Positions 12,566-27,250 of a stretch of 64,000 nucleotides of DNA are shown one piece after another. The notes beneath the pieces are model-generated. The model worked only from the letters and a program-made list of their open reading frames with translations. It was not told the DNA's origin and did not search any database. Each line of letters starts with the position of its first letter. Positions within the stretch are counted from its first letter, which is position 1. The position numbers were made by a program, and so were the translations under genes. Source of the stretch: Octopus sinensis (taxonomy: Eukaryota); the NCBI RefSeq assembly GCF_006345805.1, contig NC_043002.1, forward strand, positions 34,596,001-34,660,000, given 5' to 3'.

Positions 12566-13433
12566 ACGAGTAATCTTTTTGGAAATTGTCCCAGAAGAAA
12601 AAACAAATTGACTGGTTTCAAATATGGGAATTTAAATTTCAATAATTGAATTGATTGGGTGTGGAAACAACTGCAAGCAGGAATTTCTCTGCATGAATTC
12701 GGAAGAGCCCGAAATCGTCGAGTTATATCGAAGGAATGCCCATATATTAACAATTGGTTGTGTCTTCATGGGGTCACTCTGCATGCTCACGCTAATGTAT
12801 AATGACTATTCTTTACAGGTTTCTATTAAATGTGTGAGTGTGATTTTCATTCTTTACCAAAGGATATCTATCTATCTCTATATATATCTTGTTTCTGGCA
12901 CTAATATCATAATATCTTAAATAATCAATGTAATAATCAATGGTGTTGTTCTTAATGCGCAGCAGTGGTGCAACAAAGTTTAATATATGAAAATACATGA
13001 TAATTTAATAGGAGCCATTGTGTGTGATTTTAGATGGCGGAAATGGATTTAGTACGATGTAGATATATGTTTCTTTGTAGACGAAAACTGTAGTCAGAGA
13101 TCTATACTCATGCTTCGCAGAATTACCAGGGCCGTCAGTTAATTTACATGTGACAATGATTATATTTTATTTGTTTCAGTCAATAGACTGTGGCCGAAGA
13201 TGATGACATAGCGTGGTAGGAATAAAACAGCAAAAGACTGAATGCTAATGGAAATAGAAGAGCGTAAAAATATTTCGAAAGACAGAAATGACATTGCCAA
13301 GCTGGAAAATGTGATGGGCAGCAAGAAATGATTGAGCAAAAAGGGAAAACAATTGTAACAGTTGCAGGGTGAAAATGTGTTCGACTAAGAAAAATGAAAA
13401 AAAAAATAAATGGTATTGCAAGAAAAAAATTGT

Positions 13434-13525
13434 CGCCCGCAGAGGGATTTGAACCCGCGACCCTCAGATTTCATAACCCGGTAGTTCTTAAAAGTCTGAT
13501 GCTCTACCGACTGAGCTATGCGGGC
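13434..13525 (-). tRNA. tRNA-Lys-TTT: tRNA-Lys(UUU), 19-nt intron
   Basis: Paralog of 1212-1303, intact. Confidence 0.9.
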
Positions 13526-13937
13526 TTCCTCTCGTCCAGTTTAACTTTTAGACAAATGAAATATAATGGACTTAGCTACACATTCCTTGTTAACTGAAAC
13601 GATTGCTGTATAAAGCTGTCATCTGATATCTTACGTTACCCCGTAGTGATTACTAATAATTCCTTCACATTTACTGCTGATATTTAATTTAGTAATTCGT
13701 TCACTCATCAAGTCCCAACCTGGTAAAGTCATATTGGTCATTCAAAATGTATATACACTACTCTCTTTCAATTATAATCTTTTCTACTCTAGGCACAAGG
13801 CCCGACATTTTTGTGGAGGGGGCCAGTCGATTAGATCGACCCCAGTACGCAGCTGGTATAATATAGCCATCATTTGCTTCAGTTGCATCACGTAATATCT
13901 CCTCCTCCTCTACCATCACCACTACAACCTCCATCAT

Positions 13938-13969
<32 letters not shown>

Positions 13970-15185
13970 GCACCCGAACATTGCAGTCTGGAGTTCTAGG
14001 ATTCAGAGAGCTGGTTACTTCGTCTCCTTGGTGTGTAGGTGACCGAGATCTCTGCAAATCCTCCTCAATGAGATGCCAGTTCATTGAAGGCATACACATT
14101 GCAGGTGAGTGGACTAAAGTGGACATGATGTAAAGTGTCTTGCTCAAGAATAGAATACGCTGCCCCATTCCGGTAATCGAAACCTCGGTCTTGGGAGCAA
14201 CACTCTTACCACTCGGTCACGCGCCTTCACTATCCTTTCTACTGTAGGTATAAGACACAAAGTTTTGGGGTTTGTTCGAGGGTTGGGGTAGGTTAGTCGA
14301 TTAAATCGAGCCAAGTCCTCAACTGGTACTTACTTCATTGTCGGAATTTGAGTTCAGAACGTAGAACCGGGAGAAGCGTTACTAAGCATTTTGTTCGGCG
14401 TGCCAGTGATACTGCCAGTCCTCCACAGCCTTATGCGCCTTCCGAATGATAAGGGAATAAAAAAATCAACTCAAAAATATATATCATGATCATATATCAT
14501 GTATAATAATTGTCAGATGCAGATGTTCCTTAAAAGGAATTATGTGAAAACAGGACATCGATTTCCATTTCCATTTTCCATCCCAATAAATAAATTATAT
14601 TTCACACATCTTAAGTCATAACTCTTTAATTTCTTTTTCATTTATTTATAGAATTGTCAATATTTTGTAAGACTACTGCGACATGATTACTGACAAAGTT
14701 ACACTGAGTCTTAAAAACTCCCTTCGGTCACGAATGACCAAGAAGGTTCCTCTCCGAGTCACAAGTCCGGGCAAGGTTGTTTGTCGAATACCAGTCAGTC
14801 CTTTCCACAACGCTGATGTTGTCCAAGAAAACGACAAAGGCCGATTCAGTTTGGCAACAGTAATGTCGCAAATTATTTCTACTGCTAAGTGAACTGGAGC
14901 AATATGAAATGAAGTGTCTTGCTCAGAAACACAACTCATAGTCCGGTCTAGGAATCGAACTTACAACATCACGATTGTAAGCCCAATGTTCTAACCACTG
15001 AGCCATGCATCTTCACAAAAAGGTCATCGTAAAGCCACAACGGAGAATCGAACTTTGTATCTCTCAAATTATCTTGAAAACACCTAATAATTTATAAACA
15101 TCTAATGTTAAAGTGGAAAAGTTATCAGAACATATTTCTATTCAGTTTTGCAAAAATAGAATACTGTAGGATTGACTATTTGTTT

Positions 15186-15230
<45 letters not shown>

Positions 15231-15231
15231 A

Positions 15232-15299
<68 letters not shown>

Positions 15300-15324
15300 A
15301 CACACACACACACGCACGTGTATG

Positions 15325-15383
<59 letters not shown>

Positions 15384-15885
15384 ATATCAATAATTAAGGG
15401 TAAAATCAATTAGTTATTAATTAATTTCACCAAGTATTTCTCAGTATGTAAAAACCATTCAAGGCGTATTCAAAATATTTCACGTGGATGGGAGGGGAAG
15501 GTACATAGATTCTTTACTTGCACTGTTTGAATTCGCTGGCACTATCAGTTTGGAGGTGTTCGTCTGAGGTGATTCATGTCGGATGAGTATGTTCATTATT
15601 TTTAGTGCTTTCAAATCCAAATAAGAAATGTTGAGCTGACGAAAGAAATGTCGAGTTTTAATTCGGTTAATCTAGAAACGTTGAACGTTCTCAAATAATC
15701 TTTGTACTTGTGATATTTTGTTGTTTTCCCCCCATGTCTACGTGAGTTATTTTTGAGTAAGCACTTTCAGGGAGATTCTTCTTAAAGTAGTAGAAATGGC
15801 TAAACAAAAATTTTTTTGACTGCTATTTCTAAAAATTTCAGTATGTGGCAAAGTAAATTATTTTACTAAGCCCTTAATTATATAA

Positions 15886-15950
<65 letters not shown>

Positions 15951-16142
15951 AGAAAAAGAAGAAAAAAGAAAAAAATGACGTACAGAAGTTGATTATTCAT
16001 AGAAATTTAAATTCATGCAGAGAAATTCCTGCATACAGCTGTTTCCACACCTAATCAATTGAATTATGGAAATGTAAATTCCAATCTTTGAAACCAGTTT
16101 ATTGGATATTTCTTCAGGGACAACTTCCAAAAGAAAATTCGT

Positions 16143-16234
16143 CGCCTGCAGAGGGACTTGAACCCGCGACACTCAGATTTCATAACTCGACAGTTCTTAA
16201 AAGTCTGATGCTCTACCGACTGAGCTATGCGGGC
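16143..16234 (-). pseudogene. tRNA-Lys(UUU) copy with acceptor mismatch
   Basis: C4xA69 mismatch and variable-loop change. Confidence 0.55.
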
Positions 16235-16621
16235 TTCAACCGCTAGATTTAACTTTTAGACAAATGAAATATAATGGACTTAGCTACACATTCCTTGTTA
16301 AAGGAAACGATTGTTGTATAAAGCTGTCATCTGATATCTTATGTTACCCCTTAGTGGTTTCTAATAACTCCTTCAAATTTACTACTGATATTTAATATAG
16401 TAATTCGTTCATTCATCAAGTCCCATCCTGGTAAAGTCATATTATAATCTTTTCTACTCTAGGCACAAGGCCCGACATTTTTGTGGAGGGTGCCAGTCGA
16501 ATAGATCGACCCCAGAGCGCAGGTGGTATAATATAGCACTGTACCTATGCCTGTGTTTAGCCCCTTGTGGGTAATAAAGAAATAGGTATAATATAGCCCT
16601 CATCTGTTTCAGTTGCATCAC

Positions 16622-16861
16622 GAGAACTATGTTATGAAGTATTTTTCCATATTTCTCCTGAAGGAGGTGTTATTCTTTGGACATTTGTAGAAGGGAAAGA
16701 TCTTAAGTTTTCCTTCTCCACATGTATCTGGGTATTTACTCAGTGAAACACCTAGATACATGTGGAGAAGGAAAATTTAAGAACTTTCCCTTCTACAAAT
16801 GTCCAAAGAATGACACCTCCTTCAGGAGAAATATGGAACAATTCTTCATAACAAAGTTCTC
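16622..16861. mobile_element. ~240-bp palindromic element
   Basis: Inverted arms as above. Confidence 0.8.
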
Positions 16862-17211
16862 CAACAAGTTAAATAGCTGAAAATATTTCTATAATATTTT
16901 GTACTAGATGAAGGACCAAATTTGTAAAGTAAATTGTATTAAACACACACACACACACACACACGCACACACACACACACACACACACATGCACACAAAC
17001 AGTACTACACATATGTACATATAAATAAATAAAAACACTCTTTCATCCAGATTCTCCAACCCATATCAGCACAGGTATCAAACATTGGATTGAAAGACTC
17101 ACCAGTTGCAAAAATGTAAACACATTTTTTTCTTGTTTCCCTCCTCCTCCTCCTTCCTTTCATTCCCTTTCCCATTTGACATTCCTTTCAGATACACAGA
17201 CACCCACACAC

Positions 17212-17276
<65 letters not shown>

Positions 17277-17817
17277 CTCTCTCTCTCTCTCTCACACAAG
17301 ACAATGATAAAAAAAGAAATCAAGAAAATTTTTGGAAAAGTGACATTTTGTTCCCTTGGAGTGACCAGCTGGGTTTGCCATTTTTAAAAGCCAATAATCA
17401 CTTACCATTGAAAGACTGACCAGCTGCAAAGATATCAGCAAATTTTTTCTTCTTTCTCTCCTCCTTCTTCCTTACCTTCTCTTTTTCTTTAAAACTTCTA
17501 TAAGATACAAAAACACACACGATCTCTCTCTCTCTCTCTCTCTCTCACTTTCTCCCCATTCTTCACCCTCTTGTAGTATCTTAAAATCTCTCCCCGCCCC
17601 TACACACTCAAAAATACTATAAAAGGAGACAAAATTCCTGCAAAAGTTCAATTTGAAAACTCCACTAGAGTGGACCAAAGCGCTTTTATATGATATATGA
17701 TTCATAAAAAATGTTACATACTAATAAATATCTGTAAATATAAAACCATCCAGCAAATATAAAACAAATCAGTCAATCGGGCATTTCTTCTTGGACAATT
17801 TCCAAAGGAAAAATCGT

Positions 17818-17909
17818 CACCCGCAGAGGGACTTGAACCCGCGACCCTCAGATTTCATAACACGACAGTTCTTAAAAGTCTGATGCTCTACCGACTGAGC
17901 TATGCGGGC
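17818..17909 (-). tRNA. tRNA-Lys-TTT: tRNA-Lys(UUU), 19-nt intron
   Basis: Consensus except T72 (G1.U72). Confidence 0.8.
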
Positions 17910-18089
17910 TGACATGCGATTCAACCAAAATTTAGATAGATTAAATCTTTTGAACTTAGCTAATATATACCTACGTACATACATACACACAAGCATACAT
18001 ACATATATACATACATACATTCATACATACATACATACATACATACATACATACATACATACATACATACATACAAAAACAATACTCAG

Positions 18090-18130
18090 ATGAAATCTGA
18101 GGGTCGCGGGTTCAAATCCTTCTGGGGGCA
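18090..18130 (+). pseudogene. Inverted tRNA-Lys 3'-half
   Basis: Similar to 8821-8861. Confidence 0.8.
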
Positions 18131-18266
18131 ACGAGTTTTCTTTTGGAAATTGGTCCAGAAGAAATAACCAATTGACAGGTTTCCAACAAGGAGGGGGCCA
18201 GTCGAATAGATCGACTCCAGTACGCAGGTGGTTTAATATAGCCATCAGTTATTTCAGTTGCAACAC

Positions 18267-18506
18267 GAGAACTATGTTATGAAGAATTTTTCCATATTTC
18301 TCCTGAAGTAGGTGTCATTCTTTGGACATTTGTAGAAGGGAAAGATCTTAAATTTTCCTTCTCCACATGTATCTGGGTATTTACTCAGCGAAACACCTAG
18401 AAACATGTGGAGAAGGAAAATTTAAGATCTTTCCCTTCTACAAATGTCCAAAGAATGACACCTCCTTTAGGAGAAATATGGAACAATACTTCGTAACAAA
18501 GTTCTC
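18267..18506. mobile_element. ~240-bp palindromic element
   Basis: Inverted arms as above. Confidence 0.8.
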
Positions 18507-18586
18507 CACCAAATTAAATGGCTGAAAATATTTCTATAATAAGTTGTACTAGATGAAGGACCAATTTTGTAAAGTAAATTGTATTA

Positions 18587-18650
<64 letters not shown>

Positions 18651-19421
18651 ACTACACATATGTACATATACATAAAGAAAATCACTCTTTCATCCAGGTT
18701 CCCCAACCCATATCAGCACAGGTATCAACCATCGGATTGAAAGCCTCACCAGTTGCAAAAATGTAAACACATTTTTTTTTCTTTCCCTCCTCCTCCTTCC
18801 TTTCATTCCCCTTTCCCATTTGACACACTTTTGAGATACACAGACACCCACACACACGCGCACATACACGCACACACACACACACACACACACACGCGCG
18901 CGCGCGAACCCTCTCTCTCTCAGAAGACAATGATAAAAAAGAAATCCAGATAATTATTTGAAAAGTGACATTTTGCTCCCCTTGGAGTGACCAGCTGGGT
19001 TTGCCATTTTTAAAAGCCAATAATCACTTACCATTGAAAGACTGACCAGCTGAAAAGATATCAGCAAATTTTTTCTTCTTTCTCTCCTTCTTCTCCCTTT
19101 CCTTCTATTTTTCTTTAACACTACTTTAAGATACAAAAACACACACGATCTCTCTCTCTCTCTCTCTCTCACTTTCTCCACATTCTTCAACCTCTTGTAG
19201 AATCACATATCCTTCCCCGCCCCTACACACTCAATAATACTATAAATGGAGACAAAATTCTTGCAAAAGTTCAATTTGAAAACTCCACTAGAGTGGACGA
19301 AAGCGCTTTTATATGATATACGATTCATAACAAATGTAACATACTTATAAATATCTGTAAATATAAAACCAACCAGTCAATTGGACATTTCTTCTGCAAC
19401 AATTTCCAAAAGAAATAACGT

Positions 19422-19513
19422 CGCCCGCAGAGGGACTTGAACCCGCGACCCTCAGATTTCATAACACGGTAGTTCTTAAAAGTCTGATGCTCTACCGACT
19501 GAGCTATGCGGGC
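19422..19513 (-). tRNA. tRNA-Lys-TTT: tRNA-Lys(UUU), 19-nt intron
   Basis: Consensus exons. Confidence 0.9.
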
Positions 19514-19649
19514 TGACACACAAAACAACGAAAATTTAGATAGATTAAATCTTTTGAACTTAGCTACTATATACATACGTACATACATACATACATACAT
19601 ACATACATACATACATACATACATACATACACACACAAACAATACTCAG

Positions 19650-19684
19650 ATGAAATCTGAGGGTCGCGGGTTCAAATCCCTCTG
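19650..19684 (+). pseudogene. Inverted tRNA-Lys 3'-half, truncated
   Basis: Same as 5804-5838. Confidence 0.8.
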
Positions 19685-20284
19685 ATTATTTAATCCCATT
19701 GATTATTTAAGATTTTCATTTTTTACCAAAGGACATCTATCTATATAAATATCTTGTTTTCTGGCACTAATATTACAATATCTTAAAATGTAATAATCAA
19801 TAGTGTTGCTCTTAATGCGCAGCAGTGGTGCAACGAAGTTTAATATATGAAAATACATGATAATATAAGAGGAGCCATTGTGTGTGATTTTAGATGGCTG
19901 AAATGGATCTAGTACCATGTAAATGTATGTTTCTTTATAGATAAAAACTGTAGTCAGAGATCTATACTCATGCTTCACAGAATTACCAGGACCGTCAGTT
20001 AATTTACTTGTGACAATGATTAAATTTTACTTGTTTCAGTAATTAGACTGTGGCCGAAGATGATGACGTAGCGTGGTAGGAATAAAAGAGCAAAAGTCTG
20101 AATGCTAATGGAAATAGAAGAGCGTAAAAATATTTCGAAAGACCGGAAGGACATTGCCAAGCTGGAAAACGTGATGGGCAGCAAGAAAGGATTGAGCAAA
20201 AAGGGAAAGCAATTGTAACAGTTGCCGGGTGAAAATGTGTTCGACTACGAGAAAAAAAAATGGTATTGCAAGAAAATAATATGT

Positions 20285-20376
20285 CACCCGCAGAGGGACT
20301 TGAACCTTCGACCCTCAGATTTCATAACACGACAGTTCTTAAAAGTCTGATGCTCTACCGACTGAGCTATGCGGGC
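20285..20376 (-). tRNA. tRNA-Lys-TTT: tRNA-Lys(UUU) variant, 19-nt intron
   Basis: Same variant as 6434-6525. Confidence 0.75.
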
Positions 20377-20890
20377 TTCCTCTCGTCCAGTTTAACTTTT
20401 AGGCAACTGAAATATTATGGACTTAGCTAGACATTCCTTGTTAACTGAAACGATTGTTGCATAGAGCTGTCATCTGATATCTTATGTCACACCGTAGTGA
20501 TTACTAATAATTCCTTCACATTAACTACTGGTATTTAATATAGCAATTCGTTCACTCATCAAGTCCCATCCTGGTAAAGTAATATTGGTCATTCAAAATG
20601 TATATACACTACTCACTTTCAATTATAATCTTTTCTACTCTAGGCACAAGGCCCGACATTTTTGTGGAGGGGCCAGTCGAATAGTTCGACCCCAGTGCAC
20701 AGGTGGTATAATATAGATAGAAAGATGATAGAAAAAAATGACGTACAGAATGTTTTATTGAAAGAAATTCGAATTCCTGCTTACACTTGTTTCCACACCT
20801 AATGAATTCAATTCAAGAATTTTAAGTTCTCACATCTGAAAACAGTTAATTGGGTATTTCTTCAAGGTCATTTTCGAAAAGAGAAGTCGT

Positions 20891-20981
20891 CGCCCGCAGA
20901 CGGACTTAACCTGCGTCCCTCAGATTTCATCAATCTAAAGTTCTTAAAAGTCTGATCCTCTACCGACTGAGCTATACGGGC
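20891..20981 (-). pseudogene. tRNA-Lys pseudogene
   Basis: Same lesions as 7040-7130. Confidence 0.8.
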
Positions 20982-21251
20982 TGTCAAGCGTTTCAGCGAA
21001 AAGTTAGATAGATTAAATCTTTTGAACCTATCTACTATATACATACGTACATATATACAAACATACATACATACAATACTACTTGCAATGGTTACATTGC
21101 AATGGTTACATTTCTACTCGAGGCACAAGGCCCGACATTTCTGTAGAGGGGGCCAGTCGAATAGATCGACCCCAGTGCGCAGGTGTTTAGCCCATTGTGG
21201 GTAATAAAGAAATGGGTATAACATAGTCCTCATCTGTTTCAGTTGCATCAC

Positions 21252-21491
21252 GAGAACTATGTTATGAAGTATTTTTCCATATTTCTCCTGAAGGAGGTGT
21301 CACTCTTTGGACATTTGTAGAAGGAAAAGATCTTAAATTTTCCTTTTCCACATGTATCTGGGTATTTACTCAGTGAAACACCTAGAAACATGTGGAGAAG
21401 GAAAATTTAAGATCTTTCCCTTCTACAAATGTCCAAAGAATGACACCTCCTTCAGGAGAAATATGGAAAAATACTTCATAACAAAGTTCTT
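21252..21491. mobile_element. ~240-bp palindromic element
   Basis: Inverted arms as above. Confidence 0.8.
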
Positions 21492-22404
21492 CACCAAATT
21501 AAATGGCTAAAAATGTTTCTATAATATTTTGTACTAGATGAAGGACCAAATTTGTAAAGTAAATTGTATTAAACACACACACACACACACACACATATGC
21601 ACACAAACAGTACTACACATATGTACATATAAATAAATAAAAACACTCTTTCATCCAGATTCTACAACCCATATCAGCACAGGTATCAAACATTGGATTG
21701 AAAGACTCACCAGTTGCAAAAATGTAAACACATTTTTTCTTCTTTCCCTCCTCCTCCTCCTTCCTTTCATTCCCTTTCCCATTTGACACTTCCTTTCAGA
21801 TACCCAGACACCCACACACACGCACAAACACACACACACACACACACACACCCACACACACACACACACACTCTCTCTCTCTCTCTCACACAAGACAATG
21901 ATAAAAAAAGAAATCAAGACAATTTTTTGAAAAGTGTCATTTTGCTCCCCTTGGAGTGACCAACTGGGTTTGCCATTTCTAAAAGCCAATAATCACTTAC
22001 CATTGAAAGACTGACCAGCTGCAAAGATATCAGCAAATTTTTTCTTCTTTCTCTCCTTCTTCCTTTCCTTCTCTTTTTCTTTAAAACTTATTTAAGATAC
22101 AAAAACACACACGATCTCTCTCTCTCTCTCTCACTTTCTCCCCATTCTTCACCCTCTTGTAGTATCTTAAAATCTCTCCCCGCCCCTACACACTCAATAA
22201 TACTATAAAAGGAGACAAAATTCCTGCAAAAGTTCAATTTGAAAACTCCACTAGAGTGGACCAAAGCGCTTTTATATGATATATGATTCATAAAAAATGT
22301 AACATACTAATAAATATCTGTAAATATAAAACCATCCAGCAAATATAAAACCAACCAGTCAATTGGACATTTTCTTCTTGGACAATTTCCAAAAGAAAAA
22401 TCGT

Positions 22405-22496
22405 CGCCCGCAGAGGGACTTGAACCCGCGACCCTCAGATTTCATAACACGACAGTTCTTAAAAGTCTGATGCTCTACCGACTGAGCTATGCGGGC
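22405..22496 (-). tRNA. tRNA-Lys-TTT: tRNA-Lys(UUU), 19-nt intron
   Basis: Consensus exons, downstream T5. Confidence 0.9.
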
Positions 22497-22684
22497 TGAC
22501 ATGCGATTCCACGAAAATTTAGATAGATTAGATCTTTTGAACTTAGCTAATATATACCTACGTACATACATGCACACAAGCATACATACATATATACATA
22601 CATACATGCATACAAACATACATACATACATACATACATACATACATACATACATACATACATACATACACAAACAATACTCAG

Positions 22685-22725
22685 ATGAAATCTGAGGGTC
22701 GCGGGTTCAAATCCTTCTGGGGGCG
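22685..22725 (+). pseudogene. Inverted tRNA-Lys 3'-half
   Basis: Paralog of 8821-8861. Confidence 0.8.
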
Positions 22726-22861
22726 ACGAGTTTTCTCTTGGAAATTGGTCCAGAAGAAATAACCAATTGACAGGTTTCCAACAAGGAGGGGGCCAGTCGA
22801 ATAGATCGACTCCAGTACGCAGCTGGTTTAATATAGCCATCAGTTATTTCAGTTGCAACAC

Positions 22862-23101
22862 GAGAACTATGTTATGAAGTATTTTTCCATATTTCTCCTG
22901 AAGGAGGTGTCATTCTTTGGACATTTGTAGAAGGGAAAGATCTTAAATTTTCCTTCTCCACATGTATCTGGGTATTTACTCAGCGAAACACCTAGAAACA
23001 TGTGGAGAAGGAAAATTTAAGATCTTTCCCTTCTACAAATGTCCAAAGAATGACTCCTCCTTCAGGAGAAATATGGAAAAATACTTCATAACAAAGTTCT
23101 C
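22862..23101. mobile_element. ~240-bp palindromic element
   Basis: Near-perfect inverted arms, flanked by CAC on both sides. Confidence 0.8.
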
Positions 23102-23434
23102 CACCAAATTAAATGACTGAAAATATTTCTATAATATTTGTACTAGATGAAGGACCAAATTTGTAAAGTAAATTGTATTAAACACACACACACACACACA
23201 CATACACACAAACAGTACTACACATATGTACATATACGTAAAGAAAATCACTCTTTCATCCAGCTTCTCCAACCCATATCAGCACAGGTATCAAACATTG
23301 GATTGAAAGCCTCACCAGTTGCAAAAATGTAAACACATTTTTTTTTCTTTCCCTCCTCCTCCTTCCTTTCATTCCCCTTTCCCATTTGACACACTTTTCA
23401 GATACACAAACACCCACACACACGCGCACATACA

Positions 23435-23476
<42 letters not shown>

Positions 23477-23738
23477 CGCGCGCGCCCGCGCACCCTCTCT
23501 CTCTCTCTCTCAGAAGACAATGATAAAAAAGAAATCCAGTTAATTATTTGAAAAGTGACATTTTGCTCCCCTTGGAGTGACCAGCTGGGTTTGCCATTTT
23601 TAAAAGCCAATAATCACTTACCATTGAAAGACTGACCAGCTGAAAAGATAACAGCAAATTTTTTCTTCTTTCTCTCCTTCTTCTCCCTTTCCTTCTATTT
23701 TTCTTTAACACTACTTTCAGATACACAAACACACAAGA

Positions 23739-23780
<42 letters not shown>

Positions 23781-24030
23781 ACTTTCTCCCCATTCTTCAC
23801 CCTCTTGTAGAATCATATATCTCTCCCCGCCCCTACACACTCAATAATACTATAAAAGGAGACAAAATTCTTGCAAAAGTTCAATTTGAAAATTCCACTA
23901 GGGTGGACGAATGCGCTTTTATATGATATATGATTCATAACAAATGTAACATACTTATAAATATCTGTAAATATAAAACCAACAAGTCAATTGGACATTT
24001 CTTCTGCAACAATTTCCAAAACAAAAACGT

Positions 24031-24122
24031 CGCCCGCAGAGGGACTTGAACCCGCGACCCTCAGATTTCATAACACGGTTGTTCTTAAAAGTCTGATGCT
24101 CTACCGACTGAGCTATGCGGGC
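24031..24122 (-). tRNA. tRNA-Lys-TTT: tRNA-Lys(UUU), 19-nt intron
   Basis: Consensus exons, downstream T5. Confidence 0.9.
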
Positions 24123-24242
24123 TGACACACAAAACAACGAAAATTTAGATAGATTAAATCTTTTGAACTTAGCTACTATATACCTACGTACATACATACA
24201 TACATACATACATACATACATACATACACAAACAATACTCAG

Positions 24243-24277
24243 ATGAAATCTGAGGGTCGCGGGTTCAAATCCCTCTG
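24243..24277 (+). pseudogene. Inverted tRNA-Lys 3'-half, truncated
   Basis: Same as 10093-10127. Confidence 0.8.
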
Positions 24278-24840
24278 ATTATTTAATCCCATTGATTATT
24301 TAAGATTTTCATTTTTTACCAAAGGACATCTATCTATATAAATATCTTGTTTTCTGGCACTAATAATACAATATCTTAAAATGTAATAATCAATAGTGTT
24401 GCTCTTAATGCGCAGCAGTGGTGCAACGAAGTTTAATATATGAAAATACATGATAATATAAGAGGAGCCATTGTGTGTGATTTTAGATGGCTGAAATGGA
24501 TCTAGTACCATGTAAATGTATGTTTCTTTATAGATGAAAACTGTAGTCAGAGATCTTTACTCATGCTTCACAGAATTACCAGGGCCGTCAGTTAATTTAC
24601 ATGTGACAATTATTATATATTATTTGTTTCAGTCATTAGACTGTGGCCGAAGATGATGACATAGCATGGTAGGAATAAAACAGCAAAAGACTGAATGCTA
24701 ATGGAAATAGAAAACGTGATGGGCAGCAAGAATGGATTGAGCAAAAAGGGAAAGCAATTGTAACAGTTGCAGGGTGAAAATGTGTTCGACTAAGAAAAAA
24801 AAAAAAAAAAAGAAATGGTATTGCATGATAAAAATTGTGT

Positions 24841-24932
24841 CGCCCGCAGAGGAACTTGAACCCGCGACCCTCAGATTTCATAACTAGACAGTTCTAAAAA
24901 GTCTGATGCTCTAACGACTGAGCTATGCGGGC
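24841..24932 (-). pseudogene. tRNA-Lys pseudogene with T37
   Basis: CTTTTT loop, G19>T, C61>T. Confidence 0.7.
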
Positions 24933-25308
24933 TTCCGTCCGTTCAGTTTAACTTTTAGACAAATGAAATATTATGGACTTAGCTAGACATTCCTTGTTAA
25001 CTGAAACGATTGTTGTATAAAGCTGTCATCTGATATCTTATGTCACCCCGTAGTGATTACTAATAATTCCTTCACATTTACTACTGATATCTAATATAGT
25101 AATTCGTTCACTCATCAAGTCCCATCCTGGTAAAGTCATACTTGTCATACAAAATGTATATACACTACTCTCTTTCAATTATAATCATAACAATGTTCTC
25201 CACCAAATTAAATGGCTTAAAATATTTCTATAATAATTTGTACTAGATGAAGGACCAATTTTGTAAAGTAAACTGTATTAAACACACAGACACACACACA
25301 GACACACA

Positions 25309-25344
<36 letters not shown>

Positions 25345-25577
25345 CATACAAACAGTACTACACATATGTACATATACATAAATATTAATAATCTTTCATC
25401 CAGATTCTCCAACGCATATCAGCACAGGAATCAAACACTGGATTGAAAGATTTATACAGTGGTATAAATGTCAACACAATTATTTCTTCTTCTTCTCTTT
25501 CTTCTATCTTCCTTCTCCAGCGACAACCCTTCCAGATACACAGGCACCCACACACACATGTGCACACACACGTGCAC

Positions 25578-25647
<70 letters not shown>

Positions 25648-26146
25648 CAATGACAAAAAGAAATCCAGACAATTTTTTGAGAAGTGACATTTTGTCCCCC
25701 TTGAAGTGGCCAATTGAGTTTGCCATTTCTAAAAGCCAAGAGTCACTTACCATTGAAAGACTGACTAGCTGCAAAGATATCAACAAATTTTTTCTTCTTT
25801 CTCTCCTTCTTCCTTTCCTTCTCTTTTTCTTTAACACACCTTTAAGATACAAAAACACACATGATCTCTCTCTCTCACGTTCTCCCCATTCTTCACCCTC
25901 TTGTAGTATCTTATATCTCTCCCCGCCCCTACACACACAATAATGCTATAAAAGGAGACAAAATTCCTGCAAAAGTTCAATTTGAAAACTCCACCAGAGT
26001 GGACCAAAGCGCTTTTATATGATATATGATTCATAAAAAATGTAACATACTAATAAATATCTGTAAGTATAAAACCATCCAGCAAATATAAAACCAACCA
26101 GTCAATTGGACATTTCTTCTGCGACAATTTCCAAAAGAAAAATCGT

Positions 26147-26238
26147 CGCCCGCAGAGGGACTTGAACCCGCGACCCTCAGATTTCATAACGCAGCAGTTC
26201 TTAAAAGTCTGATGCTCTACCGACTGAGCTATGCGGGC
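26147..26238 (-). tRNA. tRNA-Lys-TTT: tRNA-Lys(UUU), 19-nt intron
   Basis: Consensus exons, downstream T5. Confidence 0.9.
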
Positions 26239-26626
26239 TTCCATCCGTTCAGTTTAACTTTTAGACAAATGAAATATTATGGACTTAGCTAGACATTCCT
26301 TGTTAACTGAAACGATTGTGGTATAAAGCTGTCATCTGATATCTTATGTCACCCCGTAGTGATTACTAATAATTCCTTCACATTTACTACTGATATTTAA
26401 TATTGTAATTCGTTCACTCATCAAGTCCCATCCTGGTAAAGTCATACTTGTCATACAAAATGTATATACACTACTCTCTTTCAATTATAATCATAACAAT
26501 GTTCTCCACCAAATTAAATGGCTTAAATTATTTCTATAATAATTTGTACTAGATGAAGGACCAATTTTGTAAAGTAAACTGTATTAAACACATACACACA
26601 CACACACAAACACACAGGCACACACA

Positions 26627-26666
<40 letters not shown>

Positions 26667-26940
26667 ACTACACATATGTACATATACATAAATATTAATA
26701 ATCTTTCATCCAGATTCTCCAACGCATATCAGCACAGGAATCAAACACTGGATTGAAAGAGTTATACAGTGGTATAAATGTCAACACAATTATTTCTTCT
26801 TCTTCTCTTTCTTCTATCTTCCTTCTCCAGCGACAACCCTTCCAGATACACAGGCACCCACACACACATGTGCACACACACACACACACACATGTGCACA
26901 CACACACGTGCACACATACATGTGCACACATACATGTGCA

Positions 26941-26979
<39 letters not shown>

Positions 26980-27197
26980 CAATGATAAAAAGAAATCCAG
27001 ACAATTTTTTGAGAAGTGACATTTTGCCCCCCTTGAAGTGGTCAGTTGAGTTTGCCATTTCTAAAAGCCAAGAAATATTTTCTATTGAAAGACTCACCAG
27101 TTGTAAAAATGTAAACACATTTTTTTCTTCTTTCTCTCCTCCTCCTTCCTTTCATTCCCTTTCCCATTTGACACCTTATTCAGATACACAGACACCC

Positions 27198-27250
<53 letters not shown>

